Assembly (NCBI RefSeq): GCF_009834535.1
Contig: NC_045697.1
Span: forward strand, 82,090,001 to 82,154,000
From: Camelus ferus
Lineage: Eukaryota
Length of the DNA: 64,000 bases
Direction of reading: 5' to 3'
Position 1 is the first letter of the stretch. Every line of letters begins with the position of its first letter. The notes under the pieces were generated by a model. It made no database searches and had not been told where the DNA came from. It saw nothing but the letters and a program-made list of their open reading frames with translations. The translations under genes and the position numbers were made by a program. Below are positions 42,795-55,900 of the stretch, one piece after another.

Positions 42795-45085
42795 AAAAAT
42801 TTTATTTTTTGACTATTTTTTAGAGCAGTTTTATAACAAATTTTAGAGGAAGGTACAGAGATTTCCCATGTATCACCTCTCCCCACACAAGCATCATTTC
42901 CCCCATTATCAACACCCCCACCAATGTGGTACATTTGTTACAGCTGGTGAATCTACATTGGCACATCATAATCATAATGTAATCCAAAGCTTACCTTAGG
43001 GTTCTCTTGGTGTTGTACCTTCTATGTGTTTGGAAAAATGTATAATAACATGAATTTATCATTATAATATCATACAGAGTATTTTCACTTCTCTGAAAAT
43101 CCTCTGTGCTCTGCCTGTTCTTCTCTCCCTACTCACCACAATCCTGGCGACCACTTTTTTTTGTTTTCTGTTTTTTGTTTTATTTTCACCATAGTTTTGC
43201 CTTTTCCAAAATGTTGGAAACCATATAGAACATAATCTTTTCTGATTGGTAACTTTCACTTAGTAATATGCATTTAAGATTGCTCCATGTCCTTTTGGCT
43301 TGATGGTTTATTTCTTTTTAGCACTGAATAATATTCTATTGTCTGGATATATCACAATTTATCCATCAACTACTGAAGAATATCTTAGTTTAGTCGAAAT
43401 TTTAGCAATTATGATATAATTGTAACTGCTATAAACATGCTACAAACCGTGTGCAAGTTTTCTTATGAACATAAGTTTTCAGCTGCTTTAGGTAAATACC
43501 AAGGAGCATTATTACTGGATTATGGAGTGAGATACATTTAGTTTTGCAAGAAACAATCAAATTGTCTTTCAAAGTGGAAACTGTTTTGCATTCCCTCCAG
43601 CAATGTATGAGAGTTCCCATTGCTCCTCATAAGCATTTGGTGTTGTCAGTGTTTTTGGCCATGCTAATAGTTATCTTGTTTTTTTTAATTTGCATTTTCC
43701 CAGTGACATATGATGTTGAGCATCTTTCCATGTTTATTTGCCATCTGTATATTTTCTTTGATGAGGTGTCTGTTAAGGTCTTTGTCCCATTTTTCAATTG
43801 AATTGTTTCCTTTCTTATTGTTGAGTTTTAAGAGCTTTATGTATATGTTAGATAACAATGTTTTATCAGATGTGTCGTTTGCAAATATTTTCTTGCTTAT
43901 GAATTATTTCTTTCGTGGGTCATGTCTTTGGTGTTGTTTCTAAAACATCATTGCCATACTAAATGTCATCTAGGTTTTATTTTCTGTTATCTTCCAAAAG
44001 TTTTATAGTTTGTATTTTACGTTTAGTCTGTGATCTATTTTGAGTTAATTTCTGTGAGGAATGTAAGTTCTGTGCCTAGATTCTTTTCTTTTCTTTTCTT
44101 TTTTTTTTTTGCATGGGCATGTCTAGTTGTTCCAGCACCATTTGTTAAAGAGACTATCTTTGCTCCATTATGTTTATTTTGATCCTTTGTTGAAGATTGA
44201 TTGATTGTACTTATAGGGGACTATTTCTGTAATCTGGTCTGTTGAATTGATCTATTTGTCTGTTCTCTCATCAGTATTGTTATGTCTTTTTTATTGTAGC
44301 TTTATAGTAACTCCTGAAGCCAGGTAGCATAAGTCCTCTTACTTTATCCTTCTGCTTTAATATTGTCTTGGCGAGTCAGAGTCTTTTGCCTCTCTATATA
44401 AACTTTAGAATCAGTTTGTCAATATTCATAAAATAACTTGCTGGGGTTTTGACTGGGATTGCATTGAATCTGTAAATGAAGTTGGGAAGAACTTACATCT
44501 TGACAATATTGCCTTCTTGTTCTTGAACATGGAATACCTATCCATTCATTTAGTTCTTTGATTTATTCATCAGAGTTTTATAGTTTTTATTACATAAATC
44601 TTGTACATATTTTATAAGATTTATATGTAAGTATTTCATTTGGGGAGGTCCTAATGTAAATAATACTGTCATTTTAATTTCAAATTCCACTTGTTCATTG
44701 CTAGTATTTTGGAAAGCAGTTGTCTTTTGTATTATAACCTTGTATCCTACAACCTTGTTATAATCACATATTAGTTTCAGTAGTTTTTCTGTCAGTTTTT
44801 GTAGATTTTCTACATACACAATTTTGTGATTTGTGAACAAAGATAGTTTTATTCATTTAGTTCCAATCTCTATACTTGTATTTATTTTATTGCCTTATTG
44901 TATAAGGAAGGACTTTGAGTTTGTTGTTGAAAGGGAGTGGTGAGAGTGGACATACTTGCCTTGTACCTGATCTTAGTGGGACAGCTTTGAGTTTCTCAGT
45001 GTTAAGTATGGTGTTAACAGTGGATTTTTAGAGTCATTATCAAGTTGAGAATGTTCTCCTCTATTCCTACTTTACTCACTTTTTC
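42795..45085 (-). mobile_element. L1 (L1MC1-like) 3'UTR plus ORF2 3' half
   Basis: L1MC-type 3'UTR (ggaaggtacagagatttcccat..., acatttgttacagctggtgaatctacattgg). ORF 44550..44840 translates to L1 RT-like sequence (KLLKLI..YNKVVGYKVIIQK..KYLHINLIKYVQDL). Confidence 0.92.
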
Positions 45086-46243
45086 CATAAATATGAAGCA
45101 TGCTATCCAAAACTATATATTAGGAAGTAAAGAAACACTGTTTCTTATATTGAAAAAAAATTAGGGAAATTTGAGGAGCAAAAATTGAACTATTGAACTA
45201 TATCTCCAAAATTGAACTATTTCTCCAAAAGCCTGATAAAATAGTTTTAAAATAAAATATAAACACATTAGGATTTTTTACTATATTTTACTGATATACA
45301 ATGTTTTTAGTCTAACATAAGAAATAATTATTGATCCCATAGATATTATCATCATCATTATTATGATTCCTACTACTAAGATTTATTATTTATTATTCTT
45401 TAATTATAGCTGTATTTTATCTATTTTGGATATTCTCAGATTTTCTTCCACAAAACATATTTTACTTTACTCTTGTTACCAATAAGTTGAAATTAGATGA
45501 CTTCTCATAGATATTAGAACGTGTAAGTTGTATCTGTGACTAATTGTAATGATTTATTTGAGGGGTCATAGTGGGTCATATCTTTAAACATGTAGACATG
45601 GTTTAGATTTAATAAAATTAATAGTCAACTGAAACCAAAATATTCACTGTTTATCTAATAGCATGGGCTTATCCCAAGGGGTGTAAAATATTCAAAGTAG
45701 CAGATGTAAATCTAAGTTGTGCAAATCATATATTTACATTTAAATTTCATGATGAAATGTTTCAGTTTAATTGAATCAGCTATATCAATTATTCTAAAGT
45801 ATGTAAAAAGCTGTTATCTTTTATTTAGGAATTTGAACTAAGTATGAATGAACCCACTGAGACAGTATTTCAATATCAATTATTCATCTCATTAAATCAT
45901 GTTGTTTATAATATAATAAAAGTAAAATGGAGGAGGAGCCCATCCCGTTTAGGACTAAAATTTATATTGACCACTGTTGACTCCATCCTATATTACATGG
46001 ATAATTCTAACAGTTACCCATGATGCAAGTCTTATTCTTTTTTCCATATCCTTCTAGTTACCATTACTACATGAATCTTCTGAAAGCACAACCAGAGGTT
46101 GTTTGGTTCTCATATTAGCCACAGGCAGTGAGGTTTTCCTCCTAAGTAATGAAGGATACCGTTTTCAGTATGGCATTTAAAATCTTCCCCCATAAAACAT
46201 TTGTTAGGATTTCTAAGCTTACCATCAGATAGGTGGTGGAAAT

Positions 46244-46691
46244 TGTGAAGGGTCTCAGATTTTACCATACTTCAGTCTGAAAAGGAAGCTTGCAACAGTT
46301 TGAAGAATCCTGGAAGAATCAGGAGAATCTTGGGTTGGAGACTAAGAACTTTATTACTCATGGCATAGTGAGCAGTATGAGCTTCATCTTCATATATGGT
46401 CCCCTTGCCCCCAAGTCCTACAGTGATTCAGAGGAGCCCAGGTTGATGCTGTATGTGTGGTGCACTTGCATCACAGTTGGGGAACCCTGAGCTTAATGAA
46501 CCTAAATTTTTATAATCTACAAGCAAATTTCCCTGACCATTTTCCCAGAAGAAGATTTAACATTACTACATTAGAATAGTAAACAAATCTGCCTTTTATA
46601 ACTGTATTTGAAAGATAATCCAGAATAAAAGGGCAGAAGTGCCTCTGTTTGCAAGACATGCTAGAGATCCATGGAAGATTTTCTCCCAATA
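46244..46691 (-). mobile_element. MER76-like LTR (ERVL class), 3' LTR of the decayed provirus
   Basis: Minus strand starts TATTGGGAGAAAATCTTCCATGGATCTCTAGCATGTCTTGCAAACAGAGGCAC and ends ...ACCCTTCACA, with AATAAA at about 46350. A purine-rich tract (46692-46709, minus) immediately precedes it. Confidence 0.8.
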
Positions 46692-46809
46692 ATCTCTACT
46701 CTCATTTCCGTACTACTTTCATTTTTGACAAATTTCCCTATGGATATACCTCTCCCTTGGACACTTCGATTAATCTAACCCACAACATTTAACTAAAGCT
46801 ACTCGCAGT

Positions 46810-47915
46810 CTGGCTTCAAGTGGCTTGTAGTTTTGACCACGGCAGTGGATCCCAGTGTCCTAGACCCACCTAGCTGAACAAATCCCATAAAGCATCAGGG
46901 GTTAGCTTAGAAAGCCAGATAGCTTTAACCAGAAATTTCTCTGTTGACTCTTTGGCTGGGCCTGAGACGTTAATTCAGGCACAGAAGGATGCATGATAGA
47001 ACTCTGACACAGAGGAGAAAATTTAGATCAACTGTTTCATGCCTAACAACCCTAGACAACAAATTTAGTTTGACCTGAATGCCTTCTAGTGCTGAACTTC
47101 TGCCATCTATGATTTCAGCTAAAGTCAGAAAAAGATTTTGACTCTCTTTTCTAAATAGATGATTCTCATTTTAGGGAAGGCTGCCCTCAGGGTGGACATA
47201 AATAACACATGAATTATTTCTTCATAATATCCCCAAATACCAAAGATGGCCTAATTTTAGAGGCAATACCATGATCATCTAAATGTTACACGATTCATTG
47301 GTTTTCTTAAACAATTAAGGTCTCTTATGACCACACCACACCTAATTAAGCTCAGTGTTTCAAAGAGAAGTTAACACCTGTTTTCAATGCATAATATGAA
47401 GTCTCATGTACACAGGGTAGTGCCATTGGAAAGACATTGTTATCTATAACTCATGGGGACCCGCAAAGAGACCTACATTTGTTAGAGGGCATATTATGCC
47501 AGTCTATTCAGTGTGGCTTCCAAGCCAGCATGTGAGTCTTAGGGTTCTCAATTTACTTTAAACTATGGAGCCTGGTTCTTATAGTTAGAACTGACAGATT
47601 GCAGTCAGTCAAATCTGTCCTGTTTGTCCATGCCACCAGACAAGGGCATGTGTCTGTCCTACAAAGTGATTGAGAAACAGCTGGTGATTGGGGATAGGGA
47701 AGACACCAGTGCTAGTGACAAGTGCTTTGTGTAAGAGGTACAGGGTTTGGCACTATTTGCTGCCATTTTCAATAGGCTTCTTGGTAAGGTTAAGAGGAAT
47801 TGTGATTAAATCATTGTTAAAGCCATTTGGAAGGAATGACAGACCAGCACCCCATTAAGTTTAAGATGCTTGTAATGGTTTGAGAGACAGAGGCATCAGA
47901 CTATTTTCCTTTGTG
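46810..47915 (-). pseudogene. env: Retroviral envelope remnant (gamma-type SU/TM), disrupted
   Basis: Manual translation from 47140: QNLFLTLAEIIDGRSSALEGIQVKLNLLSRVVRHETVDLNFLL. After a frameshift: ASFCA*INVSGPAKESTEKFLVKAIWLSKLTPDALWDLFS*VGLGHW. SU-like SQTITSILNLMGCW at about 47845-47885. Confidence 0.82.
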
Positions 47916-48029
47916 AGAAGGGCTCAGCATCTGTTCTGAAAGCAATGATTAGTGTCACTCTTCCACTCCCTCACCACGTGGGACATGGCATGTTCTCTCT
48001 TCCCCAGGTGTCAGGATTTTGATCTCCGT

Positions 48030-48722
48030 TGTTTGAGAAATATGATAAAAATTAAAATCTCCTTCCAAACCAGAAAAATGTTTCTACAGAGGTAGAAGAG
48101 AAAGAAAGTAGTTTTATTATTAAATAAACATTAAGCCAGAATGTGATGCACATCACAGGCAATCTGCTAAAAATTTTCAAAGACAAATAAATCTCATCCC
48201 TTTTATATAGCCAAGCAGATACACATCCTCCTACTGGAACTAGTTAACACTGATCTTGAGAATGACTGTGTAAGAGGATTTGACAGCACTGCTTATCACA
48301 CATCTCATCCTAAAGTTACTCAGTAATTGGGTGATCATCTTTGTTAGCTAGCTGACTTTATCCACATGAAAAACAAAATCATGATAGCTTTATGACAAGA
48401 GGTAGTTTTGCATTTGGAGTCAGGTACCTGAAGAAGTTAGGCTCCTACCCTTCCACAGAAACTGGGAGATAGGAATCTATCTTCCTTAATGATTGCATTT
48501 CAAAGAGATGGTGACTAGGTCCTTGAGAAAAACATTCCTGAGTCTGAATGCTGGCAAGAGCCTGATTTAGCTTTTAAAAAGATTTACATACATCACAAAG
48601 AGACAGAGAAATAACTTGCAATTACACATTTTCTAAAGTAAATGCCCAAAGAAAAGGGAGGGGGATCTCTTATTTTCAATAGGGAGAATTATTTCTTTAC
48701 CATCTTTGATTTGTATTTTACA
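48030..48722 (-). mobile_element. ERV1-type solo LTR nested in the provirus
   Basis: TG...CA termini, 4-bp flanks ccgt and ccat, tttatt at about 48114 and a TATA-like motif at about 48203. Confidence 0.75.
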
Positions 48723-48827
48723 CCATTCACTACTACATAATCTGTGTTTCTCATGCACTACCTGTAATTTCAATCATCTGTTTACACCCAGACTTTCCCT
48801 GTAGAGGAGGCAAATGCAAGAGTTATT

Positions 48828-48904
48828 ATAATTGCATTTTTACATACATATATTCGTTTTCATATTTTTTCATTGAAGGTTATTACAAGATAATTGCATT
48901 TTTA
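48828..48904 (-). mobile_element. 47-bp L1 3'UTR-derived insertion without poly(A), coordinates include 15-bp TSDs
   Basis: ataattgcattttta at 48828-48842 and 48890-48904 flanks catacatatattcgttttcatattttttcattgaaggttattacaag. Confidence 0.78.
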
Positions 48905-49199
48905 GAAAACATCCAGAATGAAATTTAAATCCTCTGTGCTTCCTTTTGGCCCAGCAGTGTGGCCAAGGGTTTAAGTTGAGGGCAAGAAAGGGGTATTATG
49001 CCCATCAGTGGCCAGTATAAAACCCTAAATTTTCAAAATATATAAACTCCTATTTCTTTCATTCTGATCATTACCTGAGAAGTACCTGGGACACTTTCTG
49101 GGACTGCCACATTAATTGAAATTAAAAAAATGTCATTACTAAAGTGTATGGAATAGAAAAAGGTGAGGGTAGAAAGGTTAGAATTTCCTTTGAGTTAAT

Positions 49200-49711
49200 T
49201 TTTGAGGCGGCCATATCAACTCTCAGAGATATCAAGTGCTTGTGGACTGTAGGGATTATGCTGGGTTCATATTACGTTTGGGTATCACCCGTTGTTGAGT
49301 GGCTTTGGCAATAATAGGAATACCGTGGCAGACTGCAAATGATCTGAGAAAACAAACAGGTAACAGAGATTTGATTCAGTGGTCATATATATGTGACAGA
49401 AATTAGCCAGTTGGGTTGGAACATCAACACAATAATGTGAAAAAAAAGTCAACAGAAGTGAGGCACCATTAATATCTCTGAAAGGGGGCAAGGGTTCACC
49501 AGTCTATCTTCTAGAACTGGTTGGGGGTAATGCCATATGTTACGTAGGTTAATCCATCATAAGACGAACAAGTTAAATTTTGGCCGTCGTCCCAAGTATG
49601 GCATTCAGTGGTAGACTTTGCATCTGAAACGTGGATTCTTTTCTTTTTTGCTGAGGATATAATGGTGTGTGTTTTTCTGCATCCAGTGTGATGATTGGCC
49701 CAGGCAGCAAT
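49200..49711 (-). pseudogene. pol: ERVL-type integrase remnant
   Basis: Across frames: IAAWANHHTG...TTECHTWDDGQ (decayed HHCC), F*KIDW, WCLTSVDF, ESNLCYLFVFSDHLQS, IAKATQQ, HNPYSPQA, GRLK. These are in retroviral integrase motif order. Confidence 0.85.
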
Positions 49712-49878
49712 TGACAGTCTGGATAGTGAAGACTAGATTAGCAGATCGATTCTAGTTGGTCTCGTCAGATTATTAACAATGATCATTTATATATGAATAG
49801 CTTAGACAGTTTGATTTGCTCCTCAAGAAAAGTGGGATGGAAGTTAATTTGGGAGCCAATATTCCATGAATGTTTCTT

Positions 49879-50129
49879 AAAACTATGTAGTTAAATTCAA
49901 AGTTCAAAGTTAAGTTCAAAATTGTAGAATAGATAAACAAGATTACACTGTATAGCACAGGGAAATATACACAAAATGTTATGATAACTCACAGAGAAAA
50001 AAATGTGACAATGAGTGTGTATATGTCAATGAATGACTGAAAAATTGTGCTGAACACTGGAATTTGACACATTGTAAAATGATTATAAATCAATACAAAA
50101 TGTTAAAAAAAAAAACTATGTAGTTAAAT
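49879..50129 (+). mobile_element. Young 5'-truncated L1 3' end (camelid L1-like), coordinates include TSDs
   Basis: 18-bp TSD aaaactatgtagttaaat at 49879-49896 and 50112-50129, poly(A) tail, TT/AAAA site, and L1 3'UTR motif ctgtatagcacagggaaatata. Confidence 0.93.
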
Positions 50130-50730
50130 AATTCCACTTAGTTAAGGGTAAAAATACAAAAAGAAAGGGTCCAAGTCTAAGATTTTAATAGTAAAATTGA
50201 ATGACAAAAATATGTCTTTTCATGTTATGTTTTACCCTTCTCTCTTCCTTAATCTCACAGTTTGACCACTAAATGATTTCTCTTCTTATATGTCAAGTAA
50301 ATGTTAAAGAAAAAGCCTTTCTCTAAAGCTCTCAAAGGGTGTTAGTTACAAAACTCTAGTCTAATTTGCTTTAATTAAGAGCTTTTCCTAACTGTGTCTA
50401 TTCATTAACAACTGTAACCCATTTGAAGAGTTAAAAGTATAATTTCTTCTACAATAAGCAATATATATTTATATCCCCATAGACGTTTTTTAAAGTATCA
50501 ATCTGTATGATTTTTAGTTCTCTAGATGGCATATCTATTGACCATACCATTAATAAATCTATACACAGGGAAAGCATTTGAATTATGTTGGTTGAAAACA
50601 AAGTCGGTAAAACAATTGCTTGCTGACTTATTCGGTACTTTTGAAGATAAGTGATTTTGTTTATTTTAACATATCAGAACTGCCTTAGGTTTTGACAACA
50701 TGGGCACAGAGTGCTGTTTTGAAGAATTAC

Positions 50731-51075
50731 TGCTATAAACTGAATCCTCCTAACATTGATTCGTTGAAACCTAATCCCCAGTGTGATGGAATTTGGAATT
50801 AGCCCTTTGGGAAGTGATTTAAGTCATGAGAGTAGAGCCCACATAAATGGAATCAGTGCCCTTACAAAAGAGATCCCAGACAGATCCCTGCCCTCTCTGC
50901 CGTGTGAGACTACAGTGAAAAGACAGTCATCTGTGAACTAAAAGTGGTCTCTCATCAGACACTGAATCTGCTTCTTGGACTTCCCAGCCTATAGAACTGT
51001 GATAAATAAATATTTTCTGTTTATAAACCGCACAGTTTATGGTATTCTGTTTTAGCAACCTGAACAGATGAGAAT
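50731..51075 (+). mobile_element. MaLR solo LTR (MLT1A0-like)
   Basis: gttgaaacctaatccccagtgtgatgg; ttggacttcccagcctatagaactgtgataaataaa; gtttatggtattctgttttagcaacctgaacag. Confidence 0.9.
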
Positions 51076-51830
51076 GATTACTATGACCAAAACATGTCCA
51101 TATATACATCATAACAGTCAGAAAAGAATTTAATTATCTAAAAATCATGTGGATAAATATGTCTGTCAAAGTCAATGCATAATAGCAAATGTGAATAATA
51201 AGTTAATTTTATATTATTAAAAATTAAAGTATAATATAAAATATCTATAATTATCAAATGGTATTGGAAGCAAGATTTCTGGAGTGAGAGAGTTAGAAAC
51301 TGGGCAAGTACTTCTCCAGTTAGGAAGGATAAAACTGGACATATTTTGCAAAATCTTGACGTTAGGAATCAAAGTCATACAACAAATTGAAAAACAGTCA
51401 AGAAAAATACTGAACCACAATTTAGAAAAATGAGTCAATGACATGTCAGTCTGGGGATGCTCCTGTTTCTTCAGTTCCATTAGCAGAATATTTTACCAGT
51501 GAAGGACAAGTTTAATAATCTAGCAGCTTTGTTGACATAAGGGGGTGACTTGCTTTGGAGTGGAGTCAAAAATACAAATGCTCCGGGAGTCATTGGAAAC
51601 ATCAGACCTGGGTGGCAAACAAATACGAAAGGACAAAATTACAGCTAGTCTGAAGTTGTTACCCGGTTGGGGCAAGCAAATACTGATAGATGAGGCAGAA
51701 ATATACTAGGATATCCAGGGAGTAAGGCAACCACAGTGGGCCTTGATAACTCCCATGTATCTCTAGTGATCTGAGAAGCTGTGTGCATGTGTCAAAGTGC
51801 ATCCATGATCAGGAGAGAACAGAAAGGGCC

Positions 51831-52146
51831 TGTATTGGTTTCATATTTCTGCTGTAACAAATTACCACAAACATAGGGATTAAAATAATAAAAAATGTAT
51901 TGTCTTAGGTTCTGAAGATCAGAAGCCCAAATTTGTCTTTCTTGGCTAAAGTCAGGGTGGTTGCTAGGCTAATTCCTTCTCAAAGCTCCACAGAAAATCT
52001 ATTTCTTAGGTCTTCCAGCTTGTAAATCTGAGCATTCCTTAGCTTGTGGTAGTATCACTCCAGTCTGTTTCTCTTATCACATTGCCCTCTTCTCTTTGTC
52101 TCTGATCCTCCTGCCACCCTCTTCTAAGGATCTATGTGATGACATC
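51831..52146 (-). mobile_element. MaLR LTR, partial (MLT1C/D-like)
   Basis: tgtattggtttcatatttctgctgtaacaaattaccacaaac; gcattccttagcttgtgg. Confidence 0.85.
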
Positions 52147-52164
52147 AAATAAAAACTTACAAGA

Positions 52165-52905
52165 TAATTCAATTGACATTTCACCAAAGAAATTTGCACA
52201 TGGAAAGCAGCTCAGCATTTTTAGTAATTAAATAATTACAAATTAAAACTGTAATGAGATACCACTTCACTCTCACTAGAACAGTCATATTAAAATGATA
52301 TATAATAGCCAGTATTGGCCAGGATGTGAAGAAAACGAACCCTCATACAATGATGGAAGGAATGTAAAATGGTACTGTCTCTGGACAGTACTTTGGCATT
52401 TTCTTAAAAAGTTAAACATAGACTTACCGTGAGATCCAGCTGCTTTCAGTCAATCTACCCATGAGAAATGAAAACTCGCATCCACACAAAGAACTGTACA
52501 CTAATCTTAGTAGAAGCAATATTCATAACAGTTCATAATTTAAAATAATCCAAATGTTTATTTAGTGGTGAATTGGCACATGAATGATGGTGTGTACATA
52601 AAATGTGATGCTATTCAGCAATATTTAAAAAAATTTATAGACTGAAAGAAGCTACAAAATGGATGAATTTCAGAAACTTTATACTAAGTGAAAGAAGCTA
52701 GACACAAAAATTACACATTATATGTTTCCATATATATGACATATCCTAAAAAGTCTAATTTTGCATCTAAATGAGATGATGATTATTCACTAAGCTTACT
52801 GTGATAATCATTTTATGGTATGTGTAAGTCAAGTCATGCTGTACACTTTATACTCATATAGTACTGTATGTCAATTATATCTCAGTAGAACTGAAAGAGA
52901 AAATA
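52165..52905 (+). mobile_element. Old L1 3' regions (L1MB-like, two abutting pieces)
   Basis: aaattaaaactgtaatgagataccacttcac; ctaagtgaaagaagctagacacaaaaa; second 3' end tgtatgtcaattatatctcagtagaactgaaag. Confidence 0.82.
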
Positions 52906-55900
52906 ATATAAAATAGTGATACTAGTAAGATTAAATAACAGAAAAAGAGATAAACCATGAAGCAATTCATAAACCAACATCTTTTATTTTAAATATCTTT
53001 CTTAATCATGTCTGTACAGACATGGTGTACAGAGTAGAACTGACATGGTACTAGGAGCATCATGACCTATAAAAAAGTTTAAAAATGCTTTACCTTAAGT
53101 GTCATTAAAAATTGAGTTGGGAATTTGTAATTTCAATAGAAGAGTTAAGAAAATAAAACTATAGTTATGTAAAACATTTTATAGTACTAACTTTGAGACT
53201 GCTATAATTTCATGTAAGTATAAATGCAAATCACCTAATATTTTTGAACTAGAAGTGAAGCAAATATTTACAATTTTGTTTAAAAAAAATTGTGCTCTTT
53301 TTATTAAAAAAAATATGGAATTCTCCTTATGAAAACTCTTTAAAGACTACCTGAGAAGGAAAATAGGAAAGAGAAGCCTGTTTCCCAAATCATATGGAAG
53401 CACATATAGTGGTTAAGCTTCAATGCTTTTAATTGAGAATTATAACATATGTCTGTTTGGAGAAGCTTCTTTTCCAAAGACAACATTTATAATGGTAATT
53501 AATATGTTTTGGGACATAATGGGCCAATAATATGTTTGGGACAAAAATCATAAAAAAAAATTGTGTTCAAAAAACATGACATGGACATAGACATGTAATC
53601 AGAAAAAATATACTGTTGATAAATTTATAAAGTAAAGAGGAAGCTGTCATGTCTTGACCCTCTTTTAACTGTTTTGGATTGAAAACCCTCCCCCCAAAAT
53701 AACTGAATTATATGGTAACCTTGAAAGACTTATTTCAACATTAAATATCATGTGAATTCACAAGTTCATTTATGAACTATAAAATGTAAAGTAGATAGTA
53801 CATTCTAAAACTTCATGATATATGAATAATAGGTAAAACGTGTGTGGAGGAGGAGGGGATCTCAAAATTCTTACTGGTTTTATGATGTCCTTAAAAAGTT
53901 TTCTGTTTTAAACACATTGTTCTTTTTTGACGTCATACTTAATTGATGATTCTTATCAACTCCTCCTATATCATCACTCAAGACTAGTATAGAGGTAGTG
54001 GGATGGAGGTGATTTCTACAGAAGTAGCAAATGGAAAAATAAGCTATAAGTAAAAAGCCTTCATGGAGACATTTGCATTTGAGGGACTGCTACATTATTC
54101 ACATGCTGAGACCATAGGAGAGATGCAGGAAATAATGGTAGAGAGACTGGTGGTAGACAGATTATATATGCCATGCTGAGAAGATTCTATTTTATGATTA
54201 GAATTTATTGAAAGATTGATTTCCAAAAAGGACAAAACTGAGTTTGTGCTTTGTGATAATCACTCCAGAAAAATTGGAAAGGCCTGTGTAGAGATGAGTT
54301 AGACAGACTGGAAGCAGATATCTGTCTGTGTGAGAAATGATGGGGGACAAAATTAAAGCAGTTTCAGTATGAATGAGGAGATGCCAAGGGATTTGAGAGA
54401 AATTTAAGCCCTTTGATCTTTGTGATGATTGGATTTTGAGAATGAAGAAGTACTGAACAAAATTTCACACTGTTTTCTGAATTGTTAAAATAATTACTGG
54501 TGATAAACTTGAATGAGATAAATATAAAACATAAATCTGAGGCCAAATTAATGAATTATATATGGGCATGGTGTCTCAAGATATATTTTATCTTATAAGT
54601 ACTAAATCCATATTTCCTTGGCTATGCCAACAAACATTTACTTACTTCAAGTCAGTCACATTAAAAAAAAATGATATGCATTGATGTTATTAGCATTCAT
54701 ATCTTGCCAGAATACTATGATCTGTTGCGATATCAAGCCCCAGATAAAGACCAGTCTAATGATTAATTGTGCAATGGGCTTGTTTCTCACCATAAGGCAT
54801 AGTAAGGGATTTATGAAAATGTTCATATGACCTGCTTGGGCCAATGTGAGAGTTCCAATAGGTTATTTCAAATATTTATCCAATTATTGAAGTGCAAAAG
54901 AGATTTCTGGGTAATGAAAATATTTTATCATTTAATGGAACACGTATGGCCACATGCTTTTATCAAACTCACTGATGTGTACATATAAAATGTGTATTAC
55001 CCCGTCATAAGAATTTTACCAAAAGAAAAAGTTCTGTAAACAAAACTAAGCATTTAAAATACAAATAAAAAGTCAGAGTGTATCTGCATTGTGGCATTAA
55101 AAGACAAACTTTTAAAATATATTTATTTATTTTATATTTTGTTTAAATGTTCACATGTGATTTTTAAAATCAAAGATAAATTGAAAAATAACAAACTACC
55201 CCAAGAAAGCTCTCAATTAATGATGATTATAAATAAAAATATTTATAATAAAGAAATATTTTAAGGTCATAAGCAGTAAGACAAAGCATTTTATTTAATG
55301 CTTTGAAAGTTACCAAAGCTTTATATTTCTCTTTGATATTATTTTACATAGTGGTTTAGTAGAGGTTTTTATATTATTAAAATTTCTGTGTAACAGATCC
55401 ATCAGAGAACGTAGCATTTTACTCATATCTTATACATTTATGTTTAAATCATACAGTAAAAAAGGTAATACATAGTCGAGTTTCAAATGTGACTTTACTA
55501 ATTTTGCAGGCAATTCAAAAATAGATCTTAAAAAAGTGTTTTGAGCAACAGCAAACTAAACTGATTTTGAGAGAAATCACGCAGAAAAATAATTACAATT
55601 TTTATGATTTACTGATGTGCTTTTACAAAGATACATTTCTTTTATTCATATTCACTACATATGAAATGTTTACAATTTTCTTCCCTTATAATAATCAAAT
55701 AAATGTTCAACCCTCATAATTTTAATAACTTGCTTTTCTTTCTACAGTTTGTTGTATACTTATTGACATACTCCACCATTACTGTCTAAGTGGGTTTGAT
55801 TTTGGATAGCTGTGAAATTCATTTGAATAAATTCATTATTTTGCTGCCAGAAGAAACAAAATTTAATTTAATTAGAGGTCATTGCACTTCCAGATTGAGT

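Noticed and set aside
45179..45230. Short imperfect direct repeats (attgaacta units)
   Set aside because: Local slippage with no spacer structure; not CRISPR-like.
46810..47915. Possible co-opted syncytin-like gene
   Set aside because: Multiple stops and frameshifts and a degenerate CX6CC; no intact ORF.
49200..49760. CpG-retaining segment as a non-retroviral viral insert or host exon
   Set aside because: Translation shows retroviral integrase motifs.
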